A stretch of DNA of 64,000 nucleotides from Hydrolagus colliei (GCA_035084275.1 CM068760.1:2728001-2792000); one strand, 5' to 3'. Numbered from the stretch's first letter, positions 11,848-24,550 are shown. The notes: a model not told the origin generated them from the letters alone. Made by a program: numbers and translations.

Positions 11848-12217
11848 GTAAGTGTTCATTTATTTCAGCCATTGAGTGGGGCAATAGTTTGACTGGACAT
11901 TTGAGTACATCACAAATACCTTGTGAAGATGCCGATATCTTGCTTAATGTTTTGAAAAGGATTCACTAACATCATTTCAGTTGTTAAACTGTATGATATA
12001 AGCCACTTAAAATATTAAATGAAATGTAGAAAAATCCAGAACATATCAGCAAGCTTCTGAAAGAGAAAAATAAGGCTTACGATTTTCACCTTGTTCAAGT
12101 CTCTCATCTGAAGCCTGTTATTTCAGGTGCTGATTGACCTACTGCTGATTTTGGCTATTTTATATTTTGTTTGCCGTATTTTTGCAAGTTCTAAAATGCG
12201 ACACATTGCTTTATAAG

Positions 12218-12469
12218 ATGCAGAAGGAAGTACTGAGGATGGGTTGGATCAGGGAAAAGCTGGGCGCACGTCTAAAGTGAAAGCAGAGACTGAAACTGGT
12301 AATAAACAACGTTTGCCCAAAGAGTGCAAGGATTCACCAGAGACCGACAAAGTCACAGACAAGTACTTTGAGACAAAGCTAGAAGGTGATGATGAAATGG
12401 TGGAAGAAAAGGAGGAATCCATGAATCTCGATATAAATCCCAACACATCACAACAGGCTAAAAGCGAAG
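12218..12469 (+). CDS. BPTF: BPTF exon, 252 nt, phase 1-1 (alternative in-frame acceptor at 12224)
   Basis: K/E-rich open frame in phase with its neighbours. G|gtaact donor. Confidence 0.75.
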
Positions 12470-12847
12470 GTAACTCTCAATCCTATAACGTGAAAAGCGC
12501 TGTATCAAATGCAAGCATTATTATTATTATTATTATAAATGTGGAATTGGGTCATAGTGACACCAGGTCAACAATCCATTACTTAAATGTCTCTGAAGCA
12601 CTTTGAGCCATTCTTATATAAAAAGTTCTTTCTTGAGTGTAAATAGTCCTAAAAATTGTTCTTTTGAGTCTTCTTTCCATTCATAGTTTGTGAGCCCTTG
12701 TTGACACAAAAATGGCTGCTGCGTTTGCCAACAAATACACGTGATACAGATTGCCTGGGAAGCTCCTTGGGGCGTGTTGATGTGTTAAAATGTCGCAACG
12801 GTTCCTTTTGGACGGAGTTGTGTTAACTGCATCACTTATATATTTAG

Positions 12848-15101
12848 GGAACACAGAAGGTGAGAAGATGATCAAGGACGAGCCAATGGATGTTGATGAG
12901 ATCAAAAATGAATCCCTCTCAAAAGATGATGAAAAATACGTGTCAGCTGAACTGATCAATGTTAGTGAGGGCTTCCAGCAAAGGACTTGGTACAAAAAAA
13001 AGGTAAAACCCTCTAAGCTCGATGGCCTGCTGGATCGCAGAGTAAAGCAGTTTACACTGGAAGAGAAACAGAGGCAGGAGAAACTGAGACAGGAAGCCTT
13101 GAAGATTCAGTCAGTGAATCAGCAAAAGGGCATAACCGAGCCACAGACGCCTGTTTGTAAGGACAAACCTGTGGCCCCCGTTCAAAACAAGACTGAATCA
13201 GAAGCACAAACTAAGGGGCCAGTTGAGGGTCAACAGCCTGTAAAGGCCACTGTTGAAAGCCCAGTGGCCCCAACTCAGGAAAAAACAGGGGATTTGGCTC
13301 AACAAAAAGATCCAGTTGCTGCTTCATCAAAAGAATCGAGTGTCGATGAGGCGGAATCTGCCCAGGCTGGCGCTAAGGCCAAGGCTGAAAATAGTCTCGA
13401 ATCAGCAGGCACGGGTGATGGTGAAACCAAGAATGTGCATTTAAAAAGTAAGGAGAATGGCAGCTTAGGTGACACGCAGCCTGCGGTGGTGAAAGTAGGG
13501 AACAGTACCTGCGAAGGGGCGAATGAGGGACTTGGGAAGAGTTCCGAGACCTTAGTTGAAAAAGAGCAGGGCAGTGACCAGAGTGTGAACAAGAAGGTTG
13601 AGATGGACACTGCTGAAGATCACGGTGACCCGGCGACGGCAGACGAGGCCAAGAATGAAAACTCTAACTCTGAGCACAAGCCCGATCAAGGCATAGAAAA
13701 TGTAAGTTCGGAAAAGGTGCAACCAAAAGCTGCCCAAGGTATCGCAGGAGACCGCTATGAATCCAAAACCCTGGAGGAAAACGGAGTGAAAGAAAGCTGC
13801 GTCCACGCGGAGAGCAACAGTATCGAGGATAAGAAGAACGTCGAGGGCGCAGTGGAAAATAAGATTCCTGAAACTGAGAACAAAATGGACAATCAGCACC
13901 CGGTTGATCAGGTTAATGGAAAGGAAGTGGAGTCCAAATCGACTCCACCGTTGGGAAACTCTGAACTGGTGCCGTCTGAATCACTCGGCGAGCTGGCAGC
14001 CTCGGTTAATAACCTGGAGCCTCTGAAAGAAAAGACCGGCCTCAAAGTCAATTTGGAAAACGAACTCCCCAAAGTACCGCCTAGAGATCCCCCCGTTAAA
14101 TTGGTTATGAACGGAGATATCACGATGGAAAATCTTGAGGAGAAACCTAATCGAATAGAAGGGAAAATGCTACCAAGTGCTCCTTCAAAGGTTCTTGTTG
14201 ACGGTGACGTAAGAAAGGAGAAGGAGGATGTGAAGGAGGAGGATTCAGTCCCACCAGTAAGTGCAGCCAAACTAGAGAACAACGTCTCCCAGGCGGATAA
14301 TTTTACTGAAGGGTCAAGTGTTTCAAACGCAGCCTCGGATGTTTCCAAGACGTTAAGTGGAGTTAAGAACGAAGTGAAATGTATGGAGGTGGATGGACCA
14401 GTGCCTACGAAAACTCCTCATCTGCCTTCCCCTCCCTCTGCGGTAGACTCCAGCGTGAGCAAAGACTTCAGTGAACAAAACGGAACACAGTCTAAAAGTG
14501 AAGTGAGTGGGATCAATGGCGTTCACGACATTACTAAAATGATCACCACCACGACAACCGTGTCCACTGAATCCAAGACTGTGGTTAGCGTTGCCGGTAT
14601 TTCTGCTTGCCAGAGTAGCACTCCCTCTGTGGTGCCCTCGAGTAAAAACAGTGCCATCTCTTCAACCACCACCACCACCACCACTACCACCACAGTCATG
14701 AAAGTCAGCTCGCCAAAGCCGGACAGTGCACCGGACGGCCTGACGGTTACTGAGAAGACTGTTGTTACAACCACCATGACTGACTCCACCAGTAGTACTC
14801 CAGGGGAGACCCTAACCACCACAATGACCGTCAGCAAGGAATATTCCACCAAGGACAAGGTTAAATTGATGCGGTTTTGTCGGCCCAAAAAGAGTAGATC
14901 TGGCACGGCCCTGCCTTCGTACCGTAAATTTGTCACCAAAAGCAATAAGAAAAGCATATTTGTTTTGCCAAACGATGATCTGCGGAAGCTGGCGAGACTT
15001 TCAGGCATTCGTGAAGTCCCGGGATTTAACTACAACGCAAAGCCTGCAGTGGATATCTGGCCTTACCCATCGCCGAGGCCAACTTTTAGCATCGCGTGGA
15101 G
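12848..15101 (+). CDS. BPTF: BPTF large exon, 2254 nt
   Basis: Lies within the 777-aa ORF. Conserved ends (INVSEGF...SKLDGLLDRRVKQFTLEEKQR; SGTALPSYRKFVTKS...WPYPSPRPTF). tttag| acceptor, AG|gtattg donor. Confidence 0.95.
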
Positions 15102-16437
15102 GTATTGTATTGTATGTCCATAGCGCCAGACGATTCTAAGGCTGTATTTTAGACCTGTTTTTCGCTTTACTGTTCCCTCCTTCTCCTCAAGGAATCCAGA
15201 ATGCTGGTGATCTGTCATGGGATTACGGAATCTTGTCTGTGGGTTTGCATCACATAAGTAACTAATCCCCAGGTCCCAATTATGCTAATTTATGTAATGC
15301 TCTAATTTTGTACCTCATCAACTCTGCCTTAATTTAATTGTTTTTTTTTCAGTCTGTCTCAGTAAGTATTTGCCTCCCAATACCTTCCTGTTTCCTGTTG
15401 AAAGCAATACAATTCCTCGTTACACATTGGCTACGTCAAAAGGGACAGACTTTCTGGAACTGTAAAATTAGCACTAGAGTTATTATTGTGAGGTTACATT
15501 TAGGAAACAATGATGAAGGTGAGATGGGGAGCTGTGACCTTGTCAGACACATCATTCCTCACTGTCATGAATTCCAAAAAAATTACTCGACCGCCCCAAT
15601 AAACAATCCCACTTGGAATAATTATGCTGCTTTCTGTCACCTTTGGATATAGGAGCTTCATAGCTGAAGCGTAACTGAGTTGTGGAAAAATAGTTTTGAG
15701 AGAATTCCTTGCTCACGTACGTGTGTACGCCTGGTAATTGATCCATTGGTTTATGGATTCTTGAACCATCTCCCGGCTGAAGGAGCCGGAGTGATATACG
15801 GTTAGCGTAAAACAACAGTGACTGGGTTTAAAGCAGATTACTCTTTCTGATCAACCTGTCCAATCCCTCTTCCAAGTTGCTGAAGCCGATTGCGCTTCTA
15901 CATAATGCTTCCTCAGCTGCAAGTAACTTTTTGCAGACCAGGGATCGGAGAGACATAATTCTAGATCTCTATGCCAGTTTCACAGAGGCGAGTGACTTTG
16001 CTGAGTGAGTGATCTCATCTCGGTTTTGTTCAAACTTCGGGCAGATTTCCAAAAAGAGCCAACAACAACATAAACCAATAGTCATTTTGTTACTTCTCTT
16101 CCTCCACTTGGAAAATCAATGTGCGAAAAGGTTCCGATTTATTGATTGATTGCTCATTTTATCAATAAATGCTGCTAATATGTTTTCGTTATTGCTGAAA
16201 GAAGACATACTTTGTGAAAGAACAAACTTGGTTCAGATAATGTCACTTCACACTTTTTTTACTATTTGTATTTAGTTCATATCAAATTTATACTTTTTTT
16301 AAAAATGGTTTCTCAAAACTGATTGATAAGCATCTTGGGTTGACCTCCCAATGTGAAAGATACAAGTGTAATTTATTGCTATTGATAAATCCTGTTTTCT
16401 CTTTTTTTAAAACCCCCCAACAATAATCGTTCCCTAG

Positions 16438-16562
16438 ATATCGTCTACAAACTGTGAAATCTTTGGCGGGAGTCAGTCTTATGTTGCGGTTATTATGGGC
16501 CTGTTTGCGATGGGATGACATGGCAGTCAAACCACCCTCAGGAGTCAGCACGACACGTACAG
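16438..16562 (+). CDS. BPTF: BPTF exon, 125 nt (YRLQTVKSLAGVSLMLRLLWACLRWDDM)
   Basis: Conserved peptide. ccctag| acceptor, G|gtaagt donor. Confidence 0.95.
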
Positions 16563-16609
16563 GTAAGTTATATAATAGTAAAAGGTGTTTCTGATTCAAG
16601 ATGAACAAT

Positions 16610-16875
16610 GAGTTTCTCATTCAGCCCCTTGAGCCTGCCCCGCCATTCAATAATATCATGGTTGATCTTCTAACCTAATTCCACTTACCCACCCTATCTC
16701 CATATCCCTTAATCCCTCTATCCTTTAGAAATCTATCAATCTCAGTCTTGAATATGTTCGAGGACTGAGCATCCACAGCCTTCTGGGGTAGAGAATTCCA
16801 TAAATTCACTACCCTCTTGAGTGAAGAAATGTTTCCTCAACTTTGTTCGAACATGCTGACCCTTAATCTTGACCA
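16610..16875 (-). mobile_element. CR1 3' fragment
   Basis: Closely similar to 53220-53500 (cattcagcccc...gggtagagaattccataaattcactaccctc). Confidence 0.8.
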
Positions 16876-17177
16876 CTTCCCTGGCTACAAACAACCCCCC
16901 CGCCCCAACTTTCGTGTCAGTAAAGTCCCTCTTTCTGCCTTTGGGTGGCTGTGGTCTCAGAATCTTTGTATTCTCAAATCATTAAATACTTCCAGTGTTT
17001 ATGAACATAGCAAGTGATAAAACGAAAATTGTGTACATGCAATTTAACTTGACTGTCTTTATTCTGTATCTGTCCAGAGTCTGCTTGATAACTAACTGGT
17101 GAGTCTTCTCACTCTGGAAAGAAAATGTCCAGTTAATTCTACACAGATAACCTCTGTATTCTTCCATTGTTTGATAG

Positions 17178-17306
17178 AAACTACAGATGTAGATATCACC
17201 ACCACAGAGATTATTAAGCGGAGAGATGTTGGCCCCTATGGAATTCGTTCTGAATACTGCATTCGAAAAATTATCTGCCCCATTGGTGTTCCTGAAACTC
17301 CAAAAG
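17178..17306 (+). CDS. BPTF: BPTF exon, 129 nt (ITTTEIIKRRDVGPYGIRSEYCIRKIICP)
   Basis: Conserved peptide, canonical splice sites. Confidence 0.95.
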
Positions 17307-17490
17307 GTAAGCATCTATTTCAAAATGTTTTAAATCTGAATTGAGATGTGTGTAGCATATGATGTTTGATTGAAATTCCTGGCTTTATTTTTATGTGAAA
17401 AGGAATAAATTAAAGAAAATGCATTAAACTTGATTGAGAGTGTTCTTTTCATCCAAGAGAAGCATTGAATACTGTGCATGTCTTTCGTTC

Positions 17491-17797
17491 GGAGACCTGT
17501 AGCTCAGTGCTTGGAGTACTTGCCTCTCAAGTGAGAGACCTGGGTTTGATTCCTGGCAAGGTGAAACCTTCGGCAAATTTTCTTACTCCACAAGCTTGAT
17601 AATAATTCCTCAAGAAAAAAATAAAATAAATTGGTCACTTCAACCCACGTCTGTTTGTGGGGACGCTGCTGTGCGCAATTGGCTGCCGCATTTCGCCCAC
17701 AAATATAAAGTCAAATCACTTTACAGTATATTCTGTGAAGCGCTTTGAGACGGCTAGAAGACGTGAAAAGTACTCTTGTCAAATGCAAGGATTATTA
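17491..17797 (+). mobile_element. Full-length tRNA-derived SINE
   Basis: Same structure as the 4262 copy. Confidence 0.9.
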
Positions 17798-17859
17798 ATT
17801 ATTTAAGAAACAATTTACTGAACTGATTAATTAATGTTGTCCATTCTGTCTTTCTTTAG

Positions 17860-18010
17860 AAACCCCAACACCACAGAGGAAGGGTCTTCGATCAAGCGCT
17901 TTAAGGCCGAAGAAACCTGAGGCACCAAAGCAGACTGGTCCTGTTATAATTGAGACCTGGGTGCCAGAAGAAGAGCTGGATTTGTGGGAAATACGCACTT
18001 TTGCAGAGAG
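17860..18010 (+). CDS. BPTF: BPTF exon, 151 nt (ETPTPQRKGLRSSALRPK...ELDLWEIR)
   Basis: Conserved peptide, canonical splice sites. Confidence 0.95.
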
Positions 18011-18419
18011 GTACATGGACCCGACTAACGTCACGTGATTGATTTTTAAAAAATAATAATAATAATGATGGTGTCTGCACCTAACTGGTCGGCAGAATCT
18101 GGTTGACTTTAATTCTTCCTGCAAAATGATGACTCGAATATTTACTGCTGCTTCTTGTGACCAATTATGGCAGCTGTGGGACTGGGGAGAATATGGTGCT
18201 GGTGTTGCAGACTTCTTTAAGGAATTAGAGCACGCGTTTAATTTGCAGGACATGAAACTGGAACTTAGAATTCGGATGAAGTCTAGAGGTGTAAATATGT
18301 TCAGCCGCCTTACTCAAGGTTCCTCTCTGAAAGTGGGCGTCAGCAATGTTCTGTTACGTAAACTCAACGGATGTTTGAATTCCCCCTCAACTTTACACTT
18401 GCCCAGAAAACTCACAGTC

Positions 18420-18505
18420 ACCACACTTTAACGTACTGTATATCCTGTGAAGTGCTTTGAAACATCCTCCAGACCCGAAAAGCACTGTATCAAATATAGG
18501 GATGT
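18420..18505 (+). mobile_element. SINE tail fragment
   Basis: tgtgaagtgctttgaaacatcc...gcactgtatcaaat. Confidence 0.55.
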
Positions 18506-18794
18506 TTACCGATAATTCAGAGCACATTTGTTGTAGTTAGCACAAGAAATGTGATGTTTTTATTATTTATATAAATATATAATTATAACAACTGTATATA
18601 TTACATATATTGTATATATAATATATATATTTAGTGCAATTACCTCAATCGTTGGCATTTTGCTTTTGCAAGCGCGCAGAGAACTTGTTTTCATGGTACT
18701 TTGTGCAAAATGCTTCTTTCCGCCCTTACCCCTTACCCCCCACCCCCCACCGCCGGCTTGGTTTGGTCACGTTCTGTTGTCTTGCCTCTTGCAG

Positions 18795-18918
18795 AGTGGA
18801 GAAGGAGAAGGCACAAGCGGCTGAGCAACAAGCAAAGGTTAGTGAACTGAAGAAATCCGAAGAGTTCAAGGCCCAACTGGAGGCCCAGCTTAAGCAGCAG
18901 CGATTGGCTGCTCAACAG
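18795..18918 (+). CDS. BPTF: BPTF exon with two in-frame donors (ends 18837 or 18918)
   Basis: VEKEKAQAAEQQAK then AAG|gttagt, or extended by 27 codons to CAG|gtgcga. Confidence 0.88.
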
Positions 18919-20141
18919 GTGCGAAGGCATGATGTATCCTAGCCCCACCTGTCATGTAGTCCATTGTATGTTAGAATGCATAATTGCGCTAACTTTTTGT
19001 GGGGGATTGATGTAACATTATTGTAAGTCGCGGCAGAGCTTGCATGCTTTTGGCATGAAATGAGAGGAAACGGTTTAAATCTACGCAAAGGCAGATTTGT
19101 CTGGTTGTCTGTAGACAGGGGAGGAAGGAGAGGCGAGGAGACTTTAAAAGTCACTGATGATTTTATACACTTGCTCTCAATTGGAAGTAGTGTAGGTTGT
19201 GTCCTCACTCCTGGAAGAACAATCAGTAGATTATTAGGATGGGGGGGTGGGGTGTTATGAGTGTGAAATAATGAGCTTTCAGATGACATTCTCTGCTCCA
19301 ATCATCTTAATGCTTTGAATTATTTTATGACGCAGTTCTTCCTTTGAACAATATTGTGTATTACCAAGTTCCTTCCTGCGTCACTCATTCGGGATTTATC
19401 TGGAACAGCTGAATTTCATTTCACTTGTGGTCTCCAGGAATTCTAATCCTGTCACTGATCTTGCAAAGTGTTTTTGCAAAATCTTTTTATTCACAAGGGA
19501 AAAGAACCTGACACTCACAAGTGTGATCAAACGATTGCCTTGAGCTAGTGAGTGGGAAATGGATCAGGGTTTGCACTCTTAGTTGCTGTTTCAATGCACA
19601 CTTTTTTTTAAACTGTCACCTTTTATGGGCAATGTGGTTGGTTTTACAGTTACAACACAAACATTGGATGTCGATACTTTTATGTTGTTTTTTTGTTTAG
19701 ACATTAGCCAATCTCGCGGTGCCCTTACCAAACAAAAATCATCCCATTTGGGAAAAATCAAATTCCGCTACTCAGTGATGTATCTCGTTAAGCACCAGAT
19801 TGACTGGCTGTTAATGCAGAAAGAAGCTGCACAATAGATTTGTTCCCAAAATAAAACTTTGGTCAAAAGTGTTTGAATGATCCATTCGATTACTAAATTA
19901 TTCCTGCAATTATAGGAACAGGAAGAGGCTATTCAAAGCAGAAAGGTTGTTCCACCAAAGATTTGGAGGATTTGCATGTCTCATTCCAACTGTTGTGTAA
20001 TTTGTTTGTAGACAGCGATAGCTTAATTGGAAAGTGGGATGGGCGGGTGGGTGGGAGAAGGATTAGCAAAGTGTCACATTAACTATACTTTATTTCTGAA
20101 GGTAACGGCAGTTTACAATCTTGTGCTTTGTTCTGTTACAG

Positions 20142-20385
20142 AAACGTCTTGAACAGCAAAAGCAATCTGCAGCGTCTAATTCTGTTACCACCATCTCCAG
20201 TACCACCGCCACACTTACCACCCCTCAGAAGTTGGTGGTTGGTTCCTTGACTGGTCAAGTCACCCCAGGAACAAAAGTGGTATTTACCACCAAGGTGGGG
20301 TCCCCAACCACAGTGACATTCCAGCCAAACAAGAACTTTCAGCAAAGCTTTGCTACCTGGATCAAACAGGGCCAGGTTGGGCCAG
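20142..20385 (+). CDS. BPTF: BPTF exon, 244 nt (KRLEQQK...KNFQQSFATWIKQGQ)
   Basis: Conserved peptide. ttacag| acceptor, G|gtatgt donor. Confidence 0.92.
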
Positions 20386-20799
20386 GTATGTACATCAATT
20401 GCGTGCTGAGGCACTACCTGTTATTACAGCATGTCGAGGAAAAGTGACTGGACCTGGGAGCCTGACTGATGCCCGATGTGCTTGATCTCCAAAATGCCGT
20501 CCAGGAAAGGCACAGAGTAGAGTTCAGGTTCAGTGCATCTCTTTGGGAGAGAAAGTCTTAAGAGGAGAATAGAAGCTCGCTATTTTTCTTTTTTTTTTCC
20601 CCCCCTCCCACCCGGTTAAATGCTTCGCTCTCTATATATATTTTTTGTCTTAATTTTATTAGCGCCACAAGCTCTCGTTGCCCTTTCGTCACTCGGTGAC
20701 TGAAATAAACATAGGCCCTGGAAGCATTCAGGGGAAAAAAGTGAAGGAAACCCTAAGGTTTTTTTTATATTCTTCTTGCCTTGCTGTCTTTTCTGCTAG

Positions 20800-20964
20800 T
20801 CACCGGCACAGTGGCCACGTCAGCCACAACCATTGCTACCACGGGCCAGACGTTCCAGATCACAGGCAGTCCAGTTACCATGACGGGCAAGGTGATCACT
20901 GCCAAACTTCCTCTCCCCGCAAACAGCAAAATCCTCACCGTCAACGTGCCAACCACACAAGGAG
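20800..20964 (+). CDS. BPTF: BPTF exon, 165 nt, phase 1-1 (GQTFQITGSPVTMTGKVI...LPANSKI)
   Basis: Long pyrimidine tract with ctag| acceptor, G|gtaggg donor. In phase. Confidence 0.85.
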
Positions 20965-22295
20965 GTAGGGTGGAGGCGGTTTTCATTCTCAACCTTTGGA
21001 GATAATAAGCATGTCTGGTACCAGAGGCTTGTTCATCAGAGTTTTTTTTTAAATCTTTTTTTTGTTCCTAAACCTGTTGTTTTGCCCATTTTAGCCGAGC
21101 ATCAATCTCACCAAAGGCTGATTTTCCTCACCATTCCCACCCCACCCATCCCAGTTAAATGCTTTGCTCTATTAATATTTTTTTGTCTTCATTTTATTGT
21201 GAACTTTAGCACTACCACGGAGAGACCCTGGCAACTGTATGGTTTGCAGTGTGAGTGAGTCAGCTAGATGGCTGTGATGGTGGTGGGTGGGGGGGGCTAT
21301 GATTTGTTTCCCAAAATGGAGGACGTTAAAGATACCATGGTACTTCTGTATTAGAAAAGAGTTCCTTTCTTTGTCCCACTCCCCACTCCACACCACCCCA
21401 CCCCCCAAAATAAAATTGGTCATAGTTTCATACGTGGTTTGTGGGAAGTTACTGTGCACAATAGTGTTTGGAGCGTGACTGATTCACCTTTGTGCGTGCA
21501 CGGGGGAATTTTGAAGTTGTGGGGCGGCCACATGCACCTGTTTGCGTGGACGCAGGCAGCTCTTTCGTTCTCTTGCCATGCCTGAGATAAGCCTTTTTTT
21601 CTGCTTCAGGAACCCTGCCTTTTACTTTGGCTCTTAACAGTGCTGTTCCTTGCACAGTGTTCCATTGTTGATGGAAACAGCTGGATTGTCACAAAACACT
21701 TGGGAGGATGTGGTGCATAAATCTAGTTTGGTTACAAGGAGACGCTTGTGTTTAAAATCTAAGAAATGACCTTTTTTGCAAGCCAACTGTGTTTTTAACC
21801 GCTCCTCCCAACCCTACCCCGTCCGTGCCTTCAGAGAAATCAGTTTGTGAGCAGCTTCATCAACAATATTATTATTATTAATATTATTATTTACAATTGT
21901 AGAAGGAGAAGAGCTATTCTAACGGGTGATGAATTGCAGTGAGTTTCTGGGACTGATTGAGCTAAGTGTTAGCTATGTGAGGGACCTCGGCCAAGGTGGG
22001 CGGTGAGGTGCTACAGTTGGCCTTACTCAGCACGTCCAGGCCGGAGAGAGCAACACAATCAGCCGGTGGCCAAACTTTTAATCACTAGTGTGTTGTGTGT
22101 GTGTTTCTTTTTTTTAAAAAAGCTGAAATAATAGTTGTGTGTGAATTGTAGTTTGGCTCCCAAGTCCTTTAGTCCGAATTGCTGCTAAACCGAGAGAACT
22201 GAGGCTCGCGGCTGAATTAACGATCCTGATGTGGCAGTATGTGCTGACCTGTGTCTTTGGCCTTCGTGTACTGAAGTGTGTTTCTCCTCCTTTAG

Positions 22296-22450
22296 GTGTA
22301 GTTCAGGTGCAGCAGAAGGTTTTAGGAATCATTCCGTCAAGTGCGACTTCCAATCAGCAAACCTTTACTACATTCCAGCCAAGGGCAGCTACTGTAACAC
22401 TCAGACATAATGCGCCAGGCACCCTCGGGACTACTACCCAGCAGGTCCAG
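22296..22450 (+). CDS. BPTF: BPTF exon, 155 nt (GVVQVQQKVLGIIPSS...)
   Basis: Conserved peptide. Donor after 22450, with an in-frame alternative after 22444. Confidence 0.9.
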
Positions 22451-22758
22451 GTATTTACTGGGTTTATTCTATTCTATGAGGTGGACAGAGTGTGGGTCCG
22501 TTTGGACACTTTTTTTGTTGAAATCATCGGACGGGGAAAAGCAATTGCAATTGAGTGACGGTGTGAAGTAGAATGGGAGTAACCATTGTTTTTGATGCGA
22601 GGCTGGTTCGGGTTGGAGCACCTGTAGCAGCGCAAGCCTCGGCCCGTAGCTGGCTATTTCCTCAGGTGGTTCATTTAGATTTCGAGAGTTTGCCTCGGGT
22701 TACTCATTCCTGTTGAGAAGTAACATATTACATTGGGACTTGGTTGGCTCGGGGGAGG

Positions 22759-22782
22759 AGAGAGAGAGAGAGAGAGAGTGTG
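22759..22782. repeat. (GA)n microsatellite
   Basis: Direct inspection. Confidence 0.9.
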
Positions 22783-22999
22783 TGGGGGACAGGGGACAGA
22801 AAAACAAAGCATGCCGATTTATCCCCCACTCCTCACCTTTGCCCTCCACCCTTCTCTGATCCCATACCGGTGCCAGCGCCTTGGCACTACCCCGCAAGCC
22901 CCACCCGAGGCACTATATAAATGTGAATGTTGGTGCGGCACTTTGACATTCGCGTTGCCAGTTGGCAATGACAGTGTGTGGGTGTCCTCTCTGTGACAG

Positions 23000-23114
23000 G
23001 TTCTCACCACAGCGGGAGCGACCCAGATCCGTCCTGGTGTTACGGTGATAAGGGCACCTTTCCAACAGACAATCGGGAAGACCATCATCCGGACGCCTCT
23101 GATGGTGCAGCAAG
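23000..23114 (+). CDS. BPTF: BPTF exon, 115 nt (QIRPGVTVIRAP...IIRTPLMVQQ; alternative end 23129)
   Basis: Conserved peptide. gacag| acceptor and two same-phase donors. Confidence 0.88.
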
Positions 23115-23551
23115 GTATTCTCCCAGCGAGTAGGTTTGCTTTGGTACTTTAACTTCCCAGTGTGTGAATTATGAGGCACCTTCTCATCCGTCTAAATCAT
23201 CCATCCCATCCCATCAATCAGACAGGTTGGAAAATACTCCACTGTTTTGTTTTTGTCTTCCATCTCATCCTCCGCTACTGTTGCCTCGCCACGTGTAACG
23301 GGATCCAACTACTGAATGCGATTCATTATGTCGTCCAGTCCCGTTCCGCCTCACCACCCCCCAAACGTGTTGTGCTCTCCCTGTTGTGGCCAACAATTTC
23401 TGATTTGGTGTTGACCTCTCAGCCCAGTCAGGGGAGGTATAAAGACAATCACATTTTTGTTCGTTGGTCGGAAGCAAATGGAGAATTTGAGCTAAAACAG
23501 CCACTTCCACTGTTGGAGCCAAAAGCCCCCGAGCCCCATTGTAATCATTAC

Positions 23552-23744
23552 AATAATAATCCTTGTGTTTGATGCGGCACCTTATCACATCTTCGAGACA
23601 TCTCAAAGCACTTTGCAGGATATGCTGTAAAATGAATTAACTGGATATTTAGTGGGCGAAACGCAGCAGCCAATTGCGCACAGCGGCGTCCCAACAAACA
23701 AACAATCATGGGTAAAATTAGTTATTTATTTTGGAGAGATTATC
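23552..23744 (-). mobile_element. SINE, 5'-truncated
   Basis: Reverse tail and core: aataatccttg...ggcgaaacgcagcagccaattgcgcacagc. Confidence 0.85.
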
Positions 23745-23805
23745 AACCCGCCCCCCACCCCAGAGAGCGGTTACAGGCATCAATGTTGCTGTGTTTTGTG
23801 TTCAG

Positions 23806-24029
23806 GTCAAGGTCAGCAAATGGTCACTCAGATTATCCGTGGGCAGCCGATCACCACAAGTGCGGGAACGCTGACTCCAAACCACAAAATGGTGGCTGCT
23901 TCGGGCACAATCACCCAACCAATCCAACCTCGGCTCGCCACGCTGCAGGGGCAGCAGCCAGCCCAGCGCCCACAGCAGGGGCAGGTCCGACTGACGCTGG
24001 CACAGCTCACACAGCTCACACAGGGACAG
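23806..24029 (+). CDS. BPTF: BPTF exon, 224 nt (QMVTQIIRGQP...RPQQGQVRLTLAQLTQL)
   Basis: Conserved peptide, canonical splice sites. Confidence 0.92.
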
Positions 24030-24550
24030 GTAAAGACATCCCTCTCACCCACCCAGCCAGCCATAGCCTGGGCTTCCAATCCACATCAGAATCCTTTGTT
24101 CAACCCAACAAGAACAGGTTGCGTTTACAACGGAACGGGTCACATCGGGGCGACACTCACCCGACCGAGCTGGGGGTTGGAGTCGAGGTGGGTGGAGGAC
24201 AAGGGAGGTGGGAGGGTGACCAAAGGCAGCGTCCTAGAGGGAGGTCTTGAGAAGTGCCTTGAAGGAGGCATGAGAGGGGCAGAGGGTGGGGGCAGAAAGG
24301 TTGTGGACCACTGATGGTGGAGCGGTCTGGGCGGGTGACCCTGTGTAAAGCAAAGTCGTCTCTTTCTGTAAACGTATTGCCCTAAGTCACTGGTTTAACC
24401 TTTACTCGACTATAGAGCACGAGTTTCAAATTAGGTTTATTCTGTTCATTGCAACACTGGGAGGCCATTCAGGCAGCATTTAGGTGTCACGCTGAGAATG
24501 TTTTCCCTTTGACGCTTCTAGCGCTATTTTTTTTTCTCTCCACGTTGCAG

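Noticed and set aside
12020-12185. Possible degenerate palindromic repeat element
   Set aside because: Too decayed to set boundaries or assign a family by eye.
13299-15008. Antisense ORFs over the large exon
   Set aside because: Shadow ORFs of the BPTF coding strand with no independent signals.
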